NCBI GenBank assembly: GCA_965261345.1
Contig: OZ253449.1
Location: 2,240,001-2,304,000, forward strand
Source: Chloroflexota bacterium
GTDB lineage: Bacteria > Chloroflexota > UBA11872 > VXNJ01
Direction of reading: 5' to 3'
DNA length: 64,000 nucleotides
Below the pieces are notes generated by a model. It was not told the origin of the DNA. It saw only the letters and a program-made list of their open reading frames with translations, and ran no database searches. Of this stretch, positions 47,805-58,235 are shown piece by piece. Position 1 is the stretch's first letter. Each line of letters begins with the position of its first letter. The translations under genes were made by a program, and so were the position numbers.

Positions 47805-48815
47805 TCAGGTCAAGCCAGGCGGTTGATGCTGTTCTGGCCGAAGCGGCTTGCGGCCAGGTTTCCCCAATTCGCGTCCGTTCCAACCTTCCCAGAGGCGCAT
47901 GATTTCCGTGTTGTCGGCTTGAGCCCCCAACAACTGCACTGCTTGCAGCCAAAGGTCGTGACAGCCCTCTAGCAGCGGCGCTTTCAATTCCAACGTTTCC
48001 GCCATCCCCGCGGCAATACCGACATCCTCCGCCATCCCCGCGGCAATACCGACATCCTTTGCCATCAAGCCCAAGGTGAATCCGGAGTTGAATTTGCGCG
48101 AGTAGATTTCCTGCGCAGCCTTGTCCTCGGTTGCCCTATTTCGACCGGAGGATGCGTTCAGAACATTGATCATTTGCGCTGGGTCCAACCCCATGCTCTC
48201 ACCTAACAACAGGGCTTCACATGCCGCTGCCAATCCCGCGGCCGAGACGTAGTTATTTAACGCCTTCATTGCGTGGCCATTGCCGGGCCCTCCCACTTCG
48301 CATACGTTGCAACCCAACTTTTCCAAAATCGGACGGCAGCGAGCGATCTGCCGCGATTCGCCGCCGACCATAATCGTCAGCGAACCCGAGCGCGCGCGAG
48401 CGACACCGCCAGAAACGGGTGCATCCACCATGGCAACGCCTTGGTGGCGCAGAACTTCGGCTAGCTCACGTGTACCCACCGGTTCTGAGCTGCTCATGTC
48501 GATGAGCACGCTTCCGCGCCCAAACCCTGCGACCAGTCCCGGGTCGCCCGCATTTCCAAGTGCGACCTCACGCACGCTGCTGCCGGTGGGCAACATCGTA
48601 ATCACTGCGTCGCTGGCGTCTGCCAGCGCCAACCGGTCAGTTGCAACCTGGACACCATGTTGTGACGCAAACGATTCGGCTACGTCCGTACGAGCGTCCA
48701 TTACGGTTAGGCGGTAGCAGCGCGCCAGCTGTCGCGCCATCGGCCACCCCATATTCCCCAGGCCCACAAAACCGATCCTGGATATCGAGCTCGTTGCTCC
48801 CTCGGTCACCGCCAT
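47805..48815 (-). CDS. NAD(P)-dependent 3-hydroxyisobutyrate dehydrogenase family oxidoreductase
   Basis: IGFVGLGNMG, DMSS, DAPVSGG, G.G.AMKALNN, F.L.LMAKD. Confidence 0.92.
   Translation of the reverse strand: MAVTEGATSSISRIGFVGLGNMGWPMARQLARCYRLTVMDARTDVAESFASQHGVQVATDRLALADASDAVITMLPTGSSVREVALGNAGDPGLVAGFGRGSVLIDMSSSEPVGTRELAEVLRHQGVAMVDAPVSGGVARARSGSLTIMVGGESRQIARCRPILEKLGCNVCEVGGPGNGHAMKALNNYVSAAGLAAACEALLLGESMGLDPAQMINVLNASSGRNRATEDKAAQEIYSRKFNSGFTLGLMAKDVGIAAGMAEDVGIAAGMAETLELKAPLLEGCHDLWLQAVQLLGAQADNTEIMRLWEGWNGRELGKPGRKPLRPEQHQPPGLT
47998..48057. repeat. Perfect 30-bp tandem duplication inside the dehydrogenase gene
   Basis: TCCGCCATCCCCGCGGCAATACCGACATCC twice, giving DVGIAAGMAE-DVGIAAGMAE in frame. 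Confidence 0.93.
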
Positions 48816-49248
48816 CACCTCCGCGTGCACATCATCTCCCATGCGTATACCGTCGAGCGCCGCGAGCACGACCCATCAGGCGTTCGCCCGCCGTGTCGCC
48901 GCGTCAACTCCCACGCTGGCCATACTCATTTTCGGACGCCGTTCACACGCCGCCGCTGACGTTGCCAGCTGCCAGCCTGGACCACACCCTGCGTTGCAGC
49001 CGCGTGCTTGGGCTCTTCGGATTCAAGATCGGGTAGCGGGAGAGGCGGCGGGCCGGGGTCTAACTGCCGCCCGCAGATTGATGCAGCCGTCATCGGAGCA
49101 AAGTCAGGGACAAAATGAAAAACCCGGGTGGGTTAATTGCAACCCGGTGAATTTGGGTAAGGAGCAACGCGGCGAGCCGATGACCGGCATTCCGGACAAC
49201 GGAGCCGGTCGGTGGCGCCGGCGCTCCTCCCGTGAAGGGAGATTGGAA

Positions 49249-50040
49249 GTGGCTCGACTTGAAGGCAAAGTCGCCGTGATCACCGGCGCTACCGGGGGCA
49301 TCGGGCGGGTTGCGGCGAAGCTGTTCGCCGACCAGGGTGCGAACCTGGCGCTGGTTGACCTTGACGAAGCAGCGCTCCGGGAGGCGGTGCAGGCGATTGG
49401 CAATGAACGCGCCAGCTACACCGTGGCCGATGTAACCCAACCCGAACAAACTAAGGCATATGTCAATGCAGCCGTTGACCGCTGGGGAGGGATTAATGTG
49501 CTGCTGGCCAACGCCGGGATAGAAGGGTCGATATCGTCAATACCGGACTATCCCCTGGAGGTCTTCGACCGCGTAATGGCGGTCAACGTGCGTGGTGTAT
49601 GGCTGGGAATCAAATACGTTGTCCCGGTAATGAGCCGACAGGGAGGCGGCAGCATCGTGATCTCTTCATCCACTTCCGGTGTAACTGGAACTCCGGGCAT
49701 GTCGGCCTACGCCACCAGCAAGCACGCGGTCATCGGTTTGGCGCGCACTGCCGCAATAGAGGGTGCACCCGTCGGTGTCCGGGTCAACACCGTCAATCCA
49801 GCGCCAATCGAAACCCGAATGATGCGTTCGATTGAGGAGATGCGGGTAACCAGCCCGGGCGATTCGCCCGAAACCGCAACGCAGGTCAAACGGTCGAATG
49901 CGGCTCGCATTCCGCTGGGTCGGTATGGATATCCCGAAGAGGTGGCGCAGGTGATGCTGTTTCTTGCCAGCGACGAGAGTAGCTTTTGCACCGGCGGCGT
50001 CTACATGGTCGATGGGGGCACGTCTGCCGGCAGGTATTAG
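49249..50040 (+). CDS. Short-chain dehydrogenase/reductase
   Basis: LEGKVAVITGATGGIG, ANAG, YATSK (YxxxK), RVNTVNP, VDGG; start GTG 49249. Confidence 0.93.
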   Translation: MARLEGKVAVITGATGGIGRVAAKLFADQGANLALVDLDEAALREAVQAIGNERASYTVADVTQPEQTKAYVNAAVDRWGGINVLLANAGIEGSISSIPDYPLEVFDRVMAVNVRGVWLGIKYVVPVMSRQGGGSIVISSSTSGVTGTPGMSAYATSKHAVIGLARTAAIEGAPVGVRVNTVNPAPIETRMMRSIEEMRVTSPGDSPETATQVKRSNAARIPLGRYGYPEEVAQVMLFLASDESSFCTGGVYMVDGGTSAGRY

Positions 50041-50775
50041 CCAAACACCTTCGGCCCCGGGGCCGGGAATCGATCCTCAGGCCAACGCGGGCCAAATATT
50101 CAAATTGGCAGGCCAGGGGTCAGGCGACCGGCGCTGCCGCATAGGTCAGTGGTAGCCTCGGACCATGCTGGAGAAAATCGCCGACGGACGAACCGACTTA
50201 GTGTTCGATTTCGTAAAAGCAGGCTGCCCAGCTACTTCAATCGATCGGCGCGGAATCTCGTTGATCGAATGGTGCGCTTATTACGGTGACGTGAGTGCGA
50301 TCAGGTTCCTTCTTGCCAATGGCGAATCTCTGGGAACTCTGGGTGAGAACTTTGATCTAAATGGCGCCGCGTTCCATGGTTATTGGCGGCTTTGCCAGTT
50401 TCTTATAGAGCAGGGCGCGGACGTGAACCATTCATTGCCCGATACGGAAGAAACGCCCCTGCATGCGGCGCTTTGTAAGCCCAACATGCCAGTCTTTGAC
50501 CTGGTGGTAGAGGTATTGCTGGCCCATGGTGCCAACCCCAATTCGGTAACGAAGGAATCTGCCGAAAGCGGCAGTTTCATGCGCGATTGCCGAACAAAAA
50601 GGGAAACGCCTTTGCATCGAGCCGCCGCGTTCGGCAGCCAGAAGGCGATTCAACTCTTGCTCAACGCCGGCGCAGCCATTGCTGCCAAAGACATGAACGG
50701 AGACTCGCCGCTCTCATGGGCGAGCTGGCATCATCGGCCGGTCCCTGTCCTTGCGATGCTGTGCTATCGAGGCCA

Positions 50776-52527
50776 GATCACGTCCCCTGGAGTGGTGTAA
50801 GAGCACCCGCTTGATCAACTAAGCCAACGCGATGACAAAGGGCCATCGTGTAAACCTCTACGGAGTCACTTCACTTACTTCGTCGAGGAACCATCGATGG
50901 CCCAACTTGATTATCAGACCTTGCTTGCCCTTATCGCCAAGCAAGGGTTTGACAGCAGCGAATTCGTCCGCAGCGCCGTACGGCACGCCTACCAGGAACT
51001 TATTGACGCCGGCCTGGCCGAAAACATCGGCGCCAAACCGCACGAGCGCAACGGCGAGCGTCGCAATCGGCTTTGATGGCTCGCGCAAGCGCACCCTCTC
51101 CACCCGGGCGGGCGACATCGAGATTGCCCTGCCCAAGCTGCGCCAAGGCAGCTACTACCCCGAGTTCTTGGAGCGGCGGCGCCGCATCGACCAGGCCCTC
51201 TACGGCGTCATCATGACCGCCTACAGCAAGGGCGTCTCCACCCGCAAGGTCGACAAGCTGGTGGAGGCGATGGGAGTAAACGCCGGGATCTCCAGGTCCG
51301 AGGTGTCAAGGATCTGCAAAGGCATCGACGAGCTGGTCAATGCCTTCCGCGAACGCGATCTCTCGCATACGACCTTCCCGTACCTCTATCTCGACGCCAC
51401 CTACGTAAAAGCCCGAAACGCGCATGCGGTAAGGTCGCGGGCGGTGGGCATAGCAATGGCCATAAACGAGAACGGCCATCGCGAGCTGCTGGGGCTTGCA
51501 ATCGGCCACAGCGAAGCGCAGGGCTTCTGGGAGGACTTGATCGCCTCCCTGGTAACGCGCGGTCTATCCGGCGTGCGGCTGGTGATCTCCGATGGGAACC
51601 AAGCCATCGGCAACGCGGTGACAAAGCTTATTCCCGAGGCCGCCTGGCAGACGTGCAGGACACACTTTGGGCGCAATCTTCTGCCAAGGGTCAGAAGCGG
51701 CGACCGCGGGCTGGTGGCAGCCGGACTGGCGTCGCTGTTTGGGCAGGCTGACAAGCAGAGCGCCATGGACGCCTTCGGAGATTTCGCCGATCGCTTAGAG
51801 CGCAAGTATCCGGAACTGTCCACGATCCTCGAGGACTCCGAGATCGCCCTGACTGCCTACACCGCCTTCCCGCCTTCGCACTGGCGCAAGATCTGGTCCA
51901 CCAATCCCCTAGAGCGCGTTATGGGCGAGCTAAAGCGCCGCACCCGGGTAGTACAGCTCTTCCCCGACGATGACTCGGTCCTGCGCCTTATCGGAGCGGT
52001 CCTAATTGAGCAGAACGACGAATGGCTCGCATCCGAGCGCCGCTATATGTCCAGGCACTCGATGGCCTTAATCGGCCAACCCCCATCTCCGGGAGAGAGG
52101 CAGTCCCCGCTGGCATTGCCGGCGGGGTAGCAACCGCCGCCGGGGGCCGTAGCGCCCTCCAGGGAAATGGAAGGTCGTGCGCCCGGCTTGGCGCTAGCTG
52201 GGCCTAAATAAGGATCACTAGCGTCGAATTGGGCCGACTTTCCCAACAAACCCGGCCCGGTGAGCCCGAATGCGAGCCGTTACGGGCCGGGGCCGGCCTT
52301 CGGACCCATGGAAGCCCATATGACCACGACCGCGCCATGGTCGCAACTGGCAAAATGATGGACGCCTTACCGGCAGTCGCCGTCACAGCCAAGGACTCGA
52401 AACTCCCCCAGCAAGCCCCAGCAACCATCTGCCGGCCCTGCCGGCAGCTGCAACTCTGTAGAGTTGCAGCTGCCGAACCCCTAAACGTAGAGGACGGCTT
52501 AGTTACACCACACCGTGGGACACGTCC
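50776..52527 (+). mobile_element. IS256-family insertion sequence with 8-bp target-site duplication
   Basis: IRL GATCACGTCCCCTGGAGTGGTGTAA (50776-50800), IRR TTACACCACACCGTGGGACACGTCC (52503-52527), TSD CGAGGCCA at 50768-50775 and 52528-52535. Confidence 0.95.
50897..52130 (+). pseudogene. IS256 DDE transposase with a frameshift near 51070
   Basis: ATG 50897 frame reads MAQLDYQ...IGAKPHERNGERRNRL* and stops; the conserved RTLSTRAGD.....PKLR, LDATY, ISD, STNPLER lie in another frame. Confidence 0.85.
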
Positions 52528-52895
52528 CGAGGCCACCAGATTAATCCCGGAGCGGTGCGGCATTCGATCGAAGACGACGCAGCCGGTTGGCGCGGCATGG
52601 AAAAGAACCTGTCCGGCAGACCGCATCTCGAGTAGGGGGATTCCTTCTAGCGGCGCAGCAGGATGCGCGCAGACGGGTTCACCAACGAATTCGGGCCCGT
52701 GGGTCAAAGTCCAACGGGCAGATCGTCTCGGGCGTGGAAATTGACCTGTGCAGATACTGCAAAGTCGGAAGGCATAGTTGCGATTGGGCGGGATTGGCTA
52801 AGTGCCGGCAACGATGGGTTGGCCGCCCGGATTCGGGACGTGCCCGGCACACCCATAAATGTCCGAATTAATCGCCGCGGACGAGCCCTTAGCAG

Positions 52896-54365
52896 TTACT
52901 GGTAAATGATCAGGTCCGGTGTGCGTTCGAGCGCCTGAACCTGTTCTGGTGTCATCACCGGCGTGTCTTGATCAAAGAACAGTTTTAAGGCCGGCCGTTC
53001 CGACGGCGGGGTCAGCGAATACCAATCGTAATGGCGCAGCTTTAAGGCAGCGCTGCCAAATCCATCCATGTCGATTGACAATTCGACGCCATCGACATCC
53101 TCAACGTCTGCTCGGTTCTCGATCATGTGGGCCGCAAATTGATGCAACATCAAGATCTTGGGTGGGATGCCTTCAGCTTGGGCCAGCGTTGCCAGATAGC
53201 GCTGTACGGAATTAATATCCTGCGCGCCGATTCCGCCAATTACCAGCCCCGGGCGCACGCCCCTGGACCGGGTTGCAAATTCGGGGTCGAGCGCCACGTG
53301 CACGAACGGCTCACGCAGGAACGGTTCGAGGAGTTGCACTTCCCGCAGCGGGTCGCTCCACCCGATCTGTATGTCTAAGAAAATCAGCATCCCGCGCGCG
53401 CGCGCCGTCTCCACGAAGGTTGCAATGCGCTCGCCCGATAGGCGATAGAGCCAAGTCCCGTCTGACGTAGGATGTGCCTGCGCCACGCCAGTGATCAGGT
53501 GAAAGGCGGGGATCACCTCGCGCGGACCGTTGAGGGCGTCGTAGCGATCCGCCCACAGCGCGATTTCATCGGCGATGACGGCAGGCGACGCGTGCCCTAG
53601 CACGCCCATGGCCGGAACACCCGGATGACCGTAAAACGAAACCACCTGGGCGGTGTCAAGCACCGAACGCTGGGAGAGCGGTCGAGGGAATGTCCAGGCT
53701 CTCTCAGCATTGGAAATCAGGAGGTAGCTTCGACCGGGCACGAGTTGCGACAAGCCCCGCAAACCCAGGGGAACGATGTCCCCCCAACCCTTGATCGGCG
53801 GCGACTCACCCGGAACCAGCGACCATGCAACCAACCCCGGCACGGTGCCGTCCGGCCCGCGTGCCCAATCCAGCCAACCTAGCGCCGGGCCAGCGAACGC
53901 CTCGCGTAATCCGACCTCGGGACCGGTCCAGCGCACCCAGGTTGATCCCTGTTTGAGCATGAGATCACACTGCGGAACGGAACTGAGCCCGGTGATGGGC
54001 ACCGACGCTGACCAACCCAGCGATTCCGACGTGATCTCAACATTGGCTTCTTGAGAATGGCAGAGGTAGGCACGCTTATTGGCAAGTAGTCGAGGAGCCT
54101 GCGCGCCGACGTAATGTCGGGAGATTTGATCCCCGGGCGTGCGCACCGTCACCAGGGTGGGCTGATCACACGCGATCTCTATCGACAAAGGCGTACTCAG
54201 CGCGGCGCCGGATGCAAGTGCGGTCCCAGCTGGACCGTAAGCGGCGGTCGCGGAGACCTGGCATGGTCCGGCGGCAGCGGTAGAACTGGCCCCGACGAAT
54301 GTGGCCAGGAGTGCCCCGCAGCAGCCCAGCAGAATCCAGGCCCGCGGGCGGGGCAATTTATTCAT
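52896..54365 (-). CDS. Secreted hypothetical protein with conserved C-terminal enzyme-like domain
   Basis: Signal-peptide-like N-terminus; C-terminal VVSFYGHPG..AMGVLG, LDIQIG, VALDPEF, LHQF, MDGFG...K..Y, KLFF..D, PDLIIYQ. Confidence 0.75.
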   Translation of the reverse strand: MNKLPRPRAWILLGCCGALLATFVGASSTAAAGPCQVSATAAYGPAGTALASGAALSTPLSIEIACDQPTLVTVRTPGDQISRHYVGAQAPRLLANKRAYLCHSQEANVEITSESLGWSASVPITGLSSVPQCDLMLKQGSTWVRWTGPEVGLREAFAGPALGWLDWARGPDGTVPGLVAWSLVPGESPPIKGWGDIVPLGLRGLSQLVPGRSYLLISNAERAWTFPRPLSQRSVLDTAQVVSFYGHPGVPAMGVLGHASPAVIADEIALWADRYDALNGPREVIPAFHLITGVAQAHPTSDGTWLYRLSGERIATFVETARARGMLIFLDIQIGWSDPLREVQLLEPFLREPFVHVALDPEFATRSRGVRPGLVIGGIGAQDINSVQRYLATLAQAEGIPPKILMLHQFAAHMIENRADVEDVDGVELSIDMDGFGSAALKLRHYDWYSLTPPSERPALKLFFDQDTPVMTPEQVQALERTPDLIIYQ

Positions 54366-54968
54366 TCAAGATCAATCGCGGGCAGAGGGGCAACGACTCC
54401 ATTTTGCCCGGCGAGTGGTCCCGGCAGCGATTTTCGGGCCCTCGAATCAGTCAAATTTATGCAATATGTTGGCCCGCGGCCAGAAATAATGACATTGACC
54501 CACAACCGATAGCGTACCGGCCCTCGATCATAAGTCGCGCAAATGCGACCCAACATGGCGATTGCAATCATCGCCTTGTGCAGGAAGTTCAGAATGCGCA
54601 GCGCGCCCGACGATCTCTAATAACGCGGGTTGGCGGCCCGAAAATTCGGCTCGGAATTCATTTGGCCGAAGGCCCGGTCCGTGGCGGCGGGGCAATGTTC
54701 GGACAGCACAACCCGGCCTCCCCCGGGAGCGTTTGTGCTTGGCCGGGTGACGATGTGTTTAAAAGCACGGTCGATTACTGCGGCAGGAGTGCGGTGAGTT
54801 CGCCGGCGGGGGAGATTTTTCGGATCCAGATCCCGCAAGCGAGACTGCCGTTCGGTGAGCAACCCTTGATGCATTTGCGGCTTTCGAGCCGTCTGCCGGA
54901 TCGCTAGATTACAGATCTACGTTCATTGCGCAAACCTTTTTTGCATGTGTCGCCCAAAGGGCCGTGAA

Positions 54969-55397
54969 ATGTCTAACAACAAGACTCAAAAAACCGGCGC
55001 AAGCGTATCAGAGTTCCTTCAAGCGGTGGACAATCCTCGGCGTCGTGAGGATGGATTTGCGATCTTGGAGATGATGCGCCAAATCACCGGATTGGAACCG
55101 GAGATGTGGGGCCCTAGCATCATCGGGTTCGGTGACTATCACTACCAGTACGCGTCGGGCCGCGAGGGCGACATATTCCTGGTCGGATTTGCGCCGCGGA
55201 AGCAGAATCTGTCGCTTTACCTAGAGTCCGGGTTCGAGGAGCACGAGCGGTTGTTGGCCAAGCTCGGCAAGCACCGCCGGAGCGTCGCCTGTCTTTACAT
55301 AAACAAATTGGCGGACTTGGACTTGGACGTTCTGCGGGAATTGATCGACGAATCTTTCAAGCGCTCCAAAGCCGACCTTGAGACACCATCGCCGTAA
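54969..55397 (+). CDS. DUF1801 domain protein
   Basis: NKTQ.T.ASV..FL, MWGPSIIGFG.YHY.YASGREGD, GFAPRK, LGKH, CLYINKL. Confidence 0.88.
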   Translation: MSNNKTQKTGASVSEFLQAVDNPRRREDGFAILEMMRQITGLEPEMWGPSIIGFGDYHYQYASGREGDIFLVGFAPRKQNLSLYLESGFEEHERLLAKLGKHRRSVACLYINKLADLDLDVLRELIDESFKRSKADLETPSP

Positions 55398-55702
55398 TTT
55401 GGGGCCAAAACTGCGGGTATTTATTCGACTTGCGGTTGCTGTGGTCGTGCCCACACCCTTAAAGGACTGAAGCTAATAAACTGCATCCATTGCCGACGGG
55501 AATGTCGGTGAACCGGGCCCATCGGTGGTGGGGTGGCAATAAAGTTTGTGGTCCACACGTAGGAGGAGAAAATTTGGCGGCGGCGGTGCGGGCAGAATCG
55601 GCTTGGAGCTAGATTTCTGGCGGGCGGGGCCAATGAACTATTGCGCTGAAATTTGCAATCTTTCGAACGAGGAGCTTTAACAACCTGAGGGGAAACGAAG
55701 CG

Positions 55703-56098
55703 ATGGGGTATGCAATCAACCACGTACACATTCGCGCATTGGAACCAAACGCCTCGGCTGCCTGGTACGAAAAACACTTCGGGGCCAAGGTGCTCTCGGC
55801 ACGCGAAGTCATGCCCGGTACGATCACCATCATCATGGAGTTGGAGGGGCCTGTCCGGCTCAACATATCCTCCCAAAAGGAAGGGTCGCCCCGGGACAGG
55901 CCGGCAGCTGAGTTGAACCGGTTGGGTTTGGAGCATTTCGGCTTTGCGGTAGACGATATCGATTCGGACATGGAGCGGTTTGAGGCTGCCGGCGTCCGGG
56001 TGGTTTTGCCGATAACCCAGGTCTCCGGTGGGATCCGGTTGGCATACATCGAAGGCCCCGACAACGTGTTGATAGAACTGGTGCAGCAGAGGTCGTAG
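55703..56098 (+). CDS. VOC/glyoxalase family protein
   Basis: INHVHIR...WY...FGA, GLEHFGFAVDD, AYIEGPDNVLIELVQ. Confidence 0.9.
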   Translation: MGYAINHVHIRALEPNASAAWYEKHFGAKVLSAREVMPGTITIIMELEGPVRLNISSQKEGSPRDRPAAELNRLGLEHFGFAVDDIDSDMERFEAAGVRVVLPITQVSGGIRLAYIEGPDNVLIELVQQRS

Positions 56099-56768
56099 CG
56101 ACAATTTGACCTCGATGAACCATATCGATTGCCGAAACGGGCAACCGGGCGGGATGGACGGGCACTGCTAATAACGTGCGGTGCCGGCATCGACTGAGAG
56201 ATTGCTTGCTTGCAAAGTGAACGCTTCCACGACGGCAAGTTCAAGGCAGCCCCGATATCCTCTCACTTATCAAGTTAGAAATGAATGCTTGATCCCGCTC
56301 CCGCTCCGGCAAAGGCCCCAGCGGCGGTCGGGCGGGCTCCCGGCCTGCTCGCATGTGTTCCCTGGGTAATCGTTGAAGGCCCAGGAGCGCGGGCGCCAGC
56401 CGAATCCGCGGCGGCTGGATGTTGATGAGCACCCTGCCCTCGGACAACTCCCAAACCTAAACGCCGGGCCGGTATCGTATTGGCCTCCACGGCCGGCCCA
56501 TTTCGTCTGAACGAAAGCCGGTGAAAACGAAACCTACCCGTCCTTGCCCCCAGATGTGATGCGGCCGCCACTGGAGGGCGGCCCTACCGGGCAACCGGTC
56601 CGACCGGATTCATCTAGCGCCCAGGGCCGCCATTTCTCGGCAATCTCGCTGCCGACTTTCCTTCAATAGGAACCGGCTTTTTTGTGGCTCACGGGGCAAG
56701 GCGCGGCTTGCTAGCATTCCGTCTATCGTCACATCTCCCCGGGTCGGGAAGAAAAGAAGTTCGGGCAC

Positions 56769-57860
56769 ATGCAATCAATCAGGGGCGCCGTCCTCTACGA
56801 GTACAACACCCCGGTGGTGGTCGAGGACATGCTGTTGGGCGATCCCGGCAACGGCGAAGTGCTAGTTGAGATGAAGGCGAGCGGGGTCTGTCACTCAGAC
56901 TGGCATGTGGTCAAGGGGGAGTGGTGGGACGTTCCAATCCCGGGGATCCTCGGCCATGAGGGAGCTGGCGTGGTTAGATCTGTCGGTGCCGGCGTCACCA
57001 ATGTATCCGAAGGTGACCACGTGATCCTATCGTGGATGCCAAGTTGCGGCCTGTGCGAGGCGTGCCAGATCGGGAGACCGAATGTGTGCTACCGCCAGCC
57101 CCGGAGCACAGCTACTGCCCATGTGGGCCGGACCGGACAAGACATCCCATTCCTGGACGGACTTGGAACGATGTGCACCCATTCGATCGTCAGTGAGATG
57201 TCGGCAGTGCCGATCGACAAGTCGATGCCCTTCGCTCAGGCGTCGCTCGTCGGGTGCGGCGTAACGACCGGAGTGGGCGCTGCGATCAACACGGCGCAGG
57301 TGCAGCCCGGTTCGAGCGTCGCAGTCTTTGGAGCTGGCGGCGTGGGCCTCAACGTCATCCAGGGGGCGTCGATCGCCGGGGCAACGATGATTATTTCCGT
57401 CGACCTGCTCGACAACAAGCTTGAGCTCGCAAAGCAGTTCGGGGCCACACACACGGTCAACGCGGGTGATTGCGACCCGGTCCAGGCCATTAGGGATCTA
57501 ACCGGCGGCTTGGGCGTACATTACGCATTCGAGGCGATCGGGCTGGTGGCTAAGCCCTTCGTCCAGGCCATTCACGCGACGCGCAATCGGGGGGTGACCG
57601 TTTGGGTGGGGCACGCCCCGCTGGAAACTCCGGTGACCCTGGACGCGCGCGACCTGATGTGGGAAAAGACGGTGATCGGATCGATGTACGGCAGTGCCCG
57701 CCCGCACATCGACTTTCCACGAATGGTCGCCCTTTACCAGAACGGCCGGTTAAAACTTGACGAACTGATCACCCGAACGTTCCCGGTCGAGGATGTCAAC
57801 GAAGCCTTCAAGGTGCTGGGCGAAGGCAAGGTAGCCCGCAGCGTCCTGACCTTTGACTGA
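56769..57860 (+). CDS. Zn-dependent alcohol dehydrogenase (class III-like MDR)
   Basis: GVCHSD, LGHEGAG, structural zinc CGLCEAC...C, GCGVTTG, GAGGVG. Confidence 0.94.
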   Translation: MQSIRGAVLYEYNTPVVVEDMLLGDPGNGEVLVEMKASGVCHSDWHVVKGEWWDVPIPGILGHEGAGVVRSVGAGVTNVSEGDHVILSWMPSCGLCEACQIGRPNVCYRQPRSTATAHVGRTGQDIPFLDGLGTMCTHSIVSEMSAVPIDKSMPFAQASLVGCGVTTGVGAAINTAQVQPGSSVAVFGAGGVGLNVIQGASIAGATMIISVDLLDNKLELAKQFGATHTVNAGDCDPVQAIRDLTGGLGVHYAFEAIGLVAKPFVQAIHATRNRGVTVWVGHAPLETPVTLDARDLMWEKTVIGSMYGSARPHIDFPRMVALYQNGRLKLDELITRTFPVEDVNEAFKVLGEGKVARSVLTFD

Positions 57861-58235
57861 CCAGGTGACATTCGGAAAATTGGTCGTACCTGTTAGTCAT
57901 GGTGCCGGCGTGTCGATCGCCAAAGCTCGGCGCGAAGTCAAATGACCTTTGCAGGGCCGGGCTGCCTCCGCTATTGGCACGGGCTGATGTCGGCGGCGCC
58001 GGCGCCGCCTAAGCATTGAATTCCTCTGCCACCCCGGCGGCGAAGCCAGTCTCCCTAGCCTCGAGAAACTGGCAACGAGACCTGGGTTGATAATTCGCGA
58101 ACCAATTTCCATATAAAGAGCCAGTGCCATCGCCGCGAAAAATTTGTCCGCCGCCCAGAGAATTAGCGGTTTCCGGGCCCAGCTAAAGGGCAATTTAAGG
58201 TACCCGCCAATGACTATGCGGCGTGGTCGCCGGCT

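Larger units (their letters stand above)
50165..52635 (+). pseudogene. Ankyrin-repeat protein gene interrupted by IS256 (5' part 50165-50775, 3' part 52536-52635)
   Basis: GADVN...ETPLHAA, ETPLHRAA, GDSPLSWA. Removing the IS and one TSD restores LCYRGHQINPGAVRHSIEDDAAGWRGMEKNLSGRPHLE*. Confidence 0.88.

Noticed and set aside
48841-49248. Long N-terminal extension of the SDR (likewise 60001-60330 and 16437-16616)
   Set aside because: Artefacts of first-start ORF calling; family homology begins at later starts.
54370-54910. Short ORFs between the secreted protein and DUF1801; also 56100-56760 and 57860-58230
   Set aside because: No recognisable family, riboswitch or repeat could be supported.
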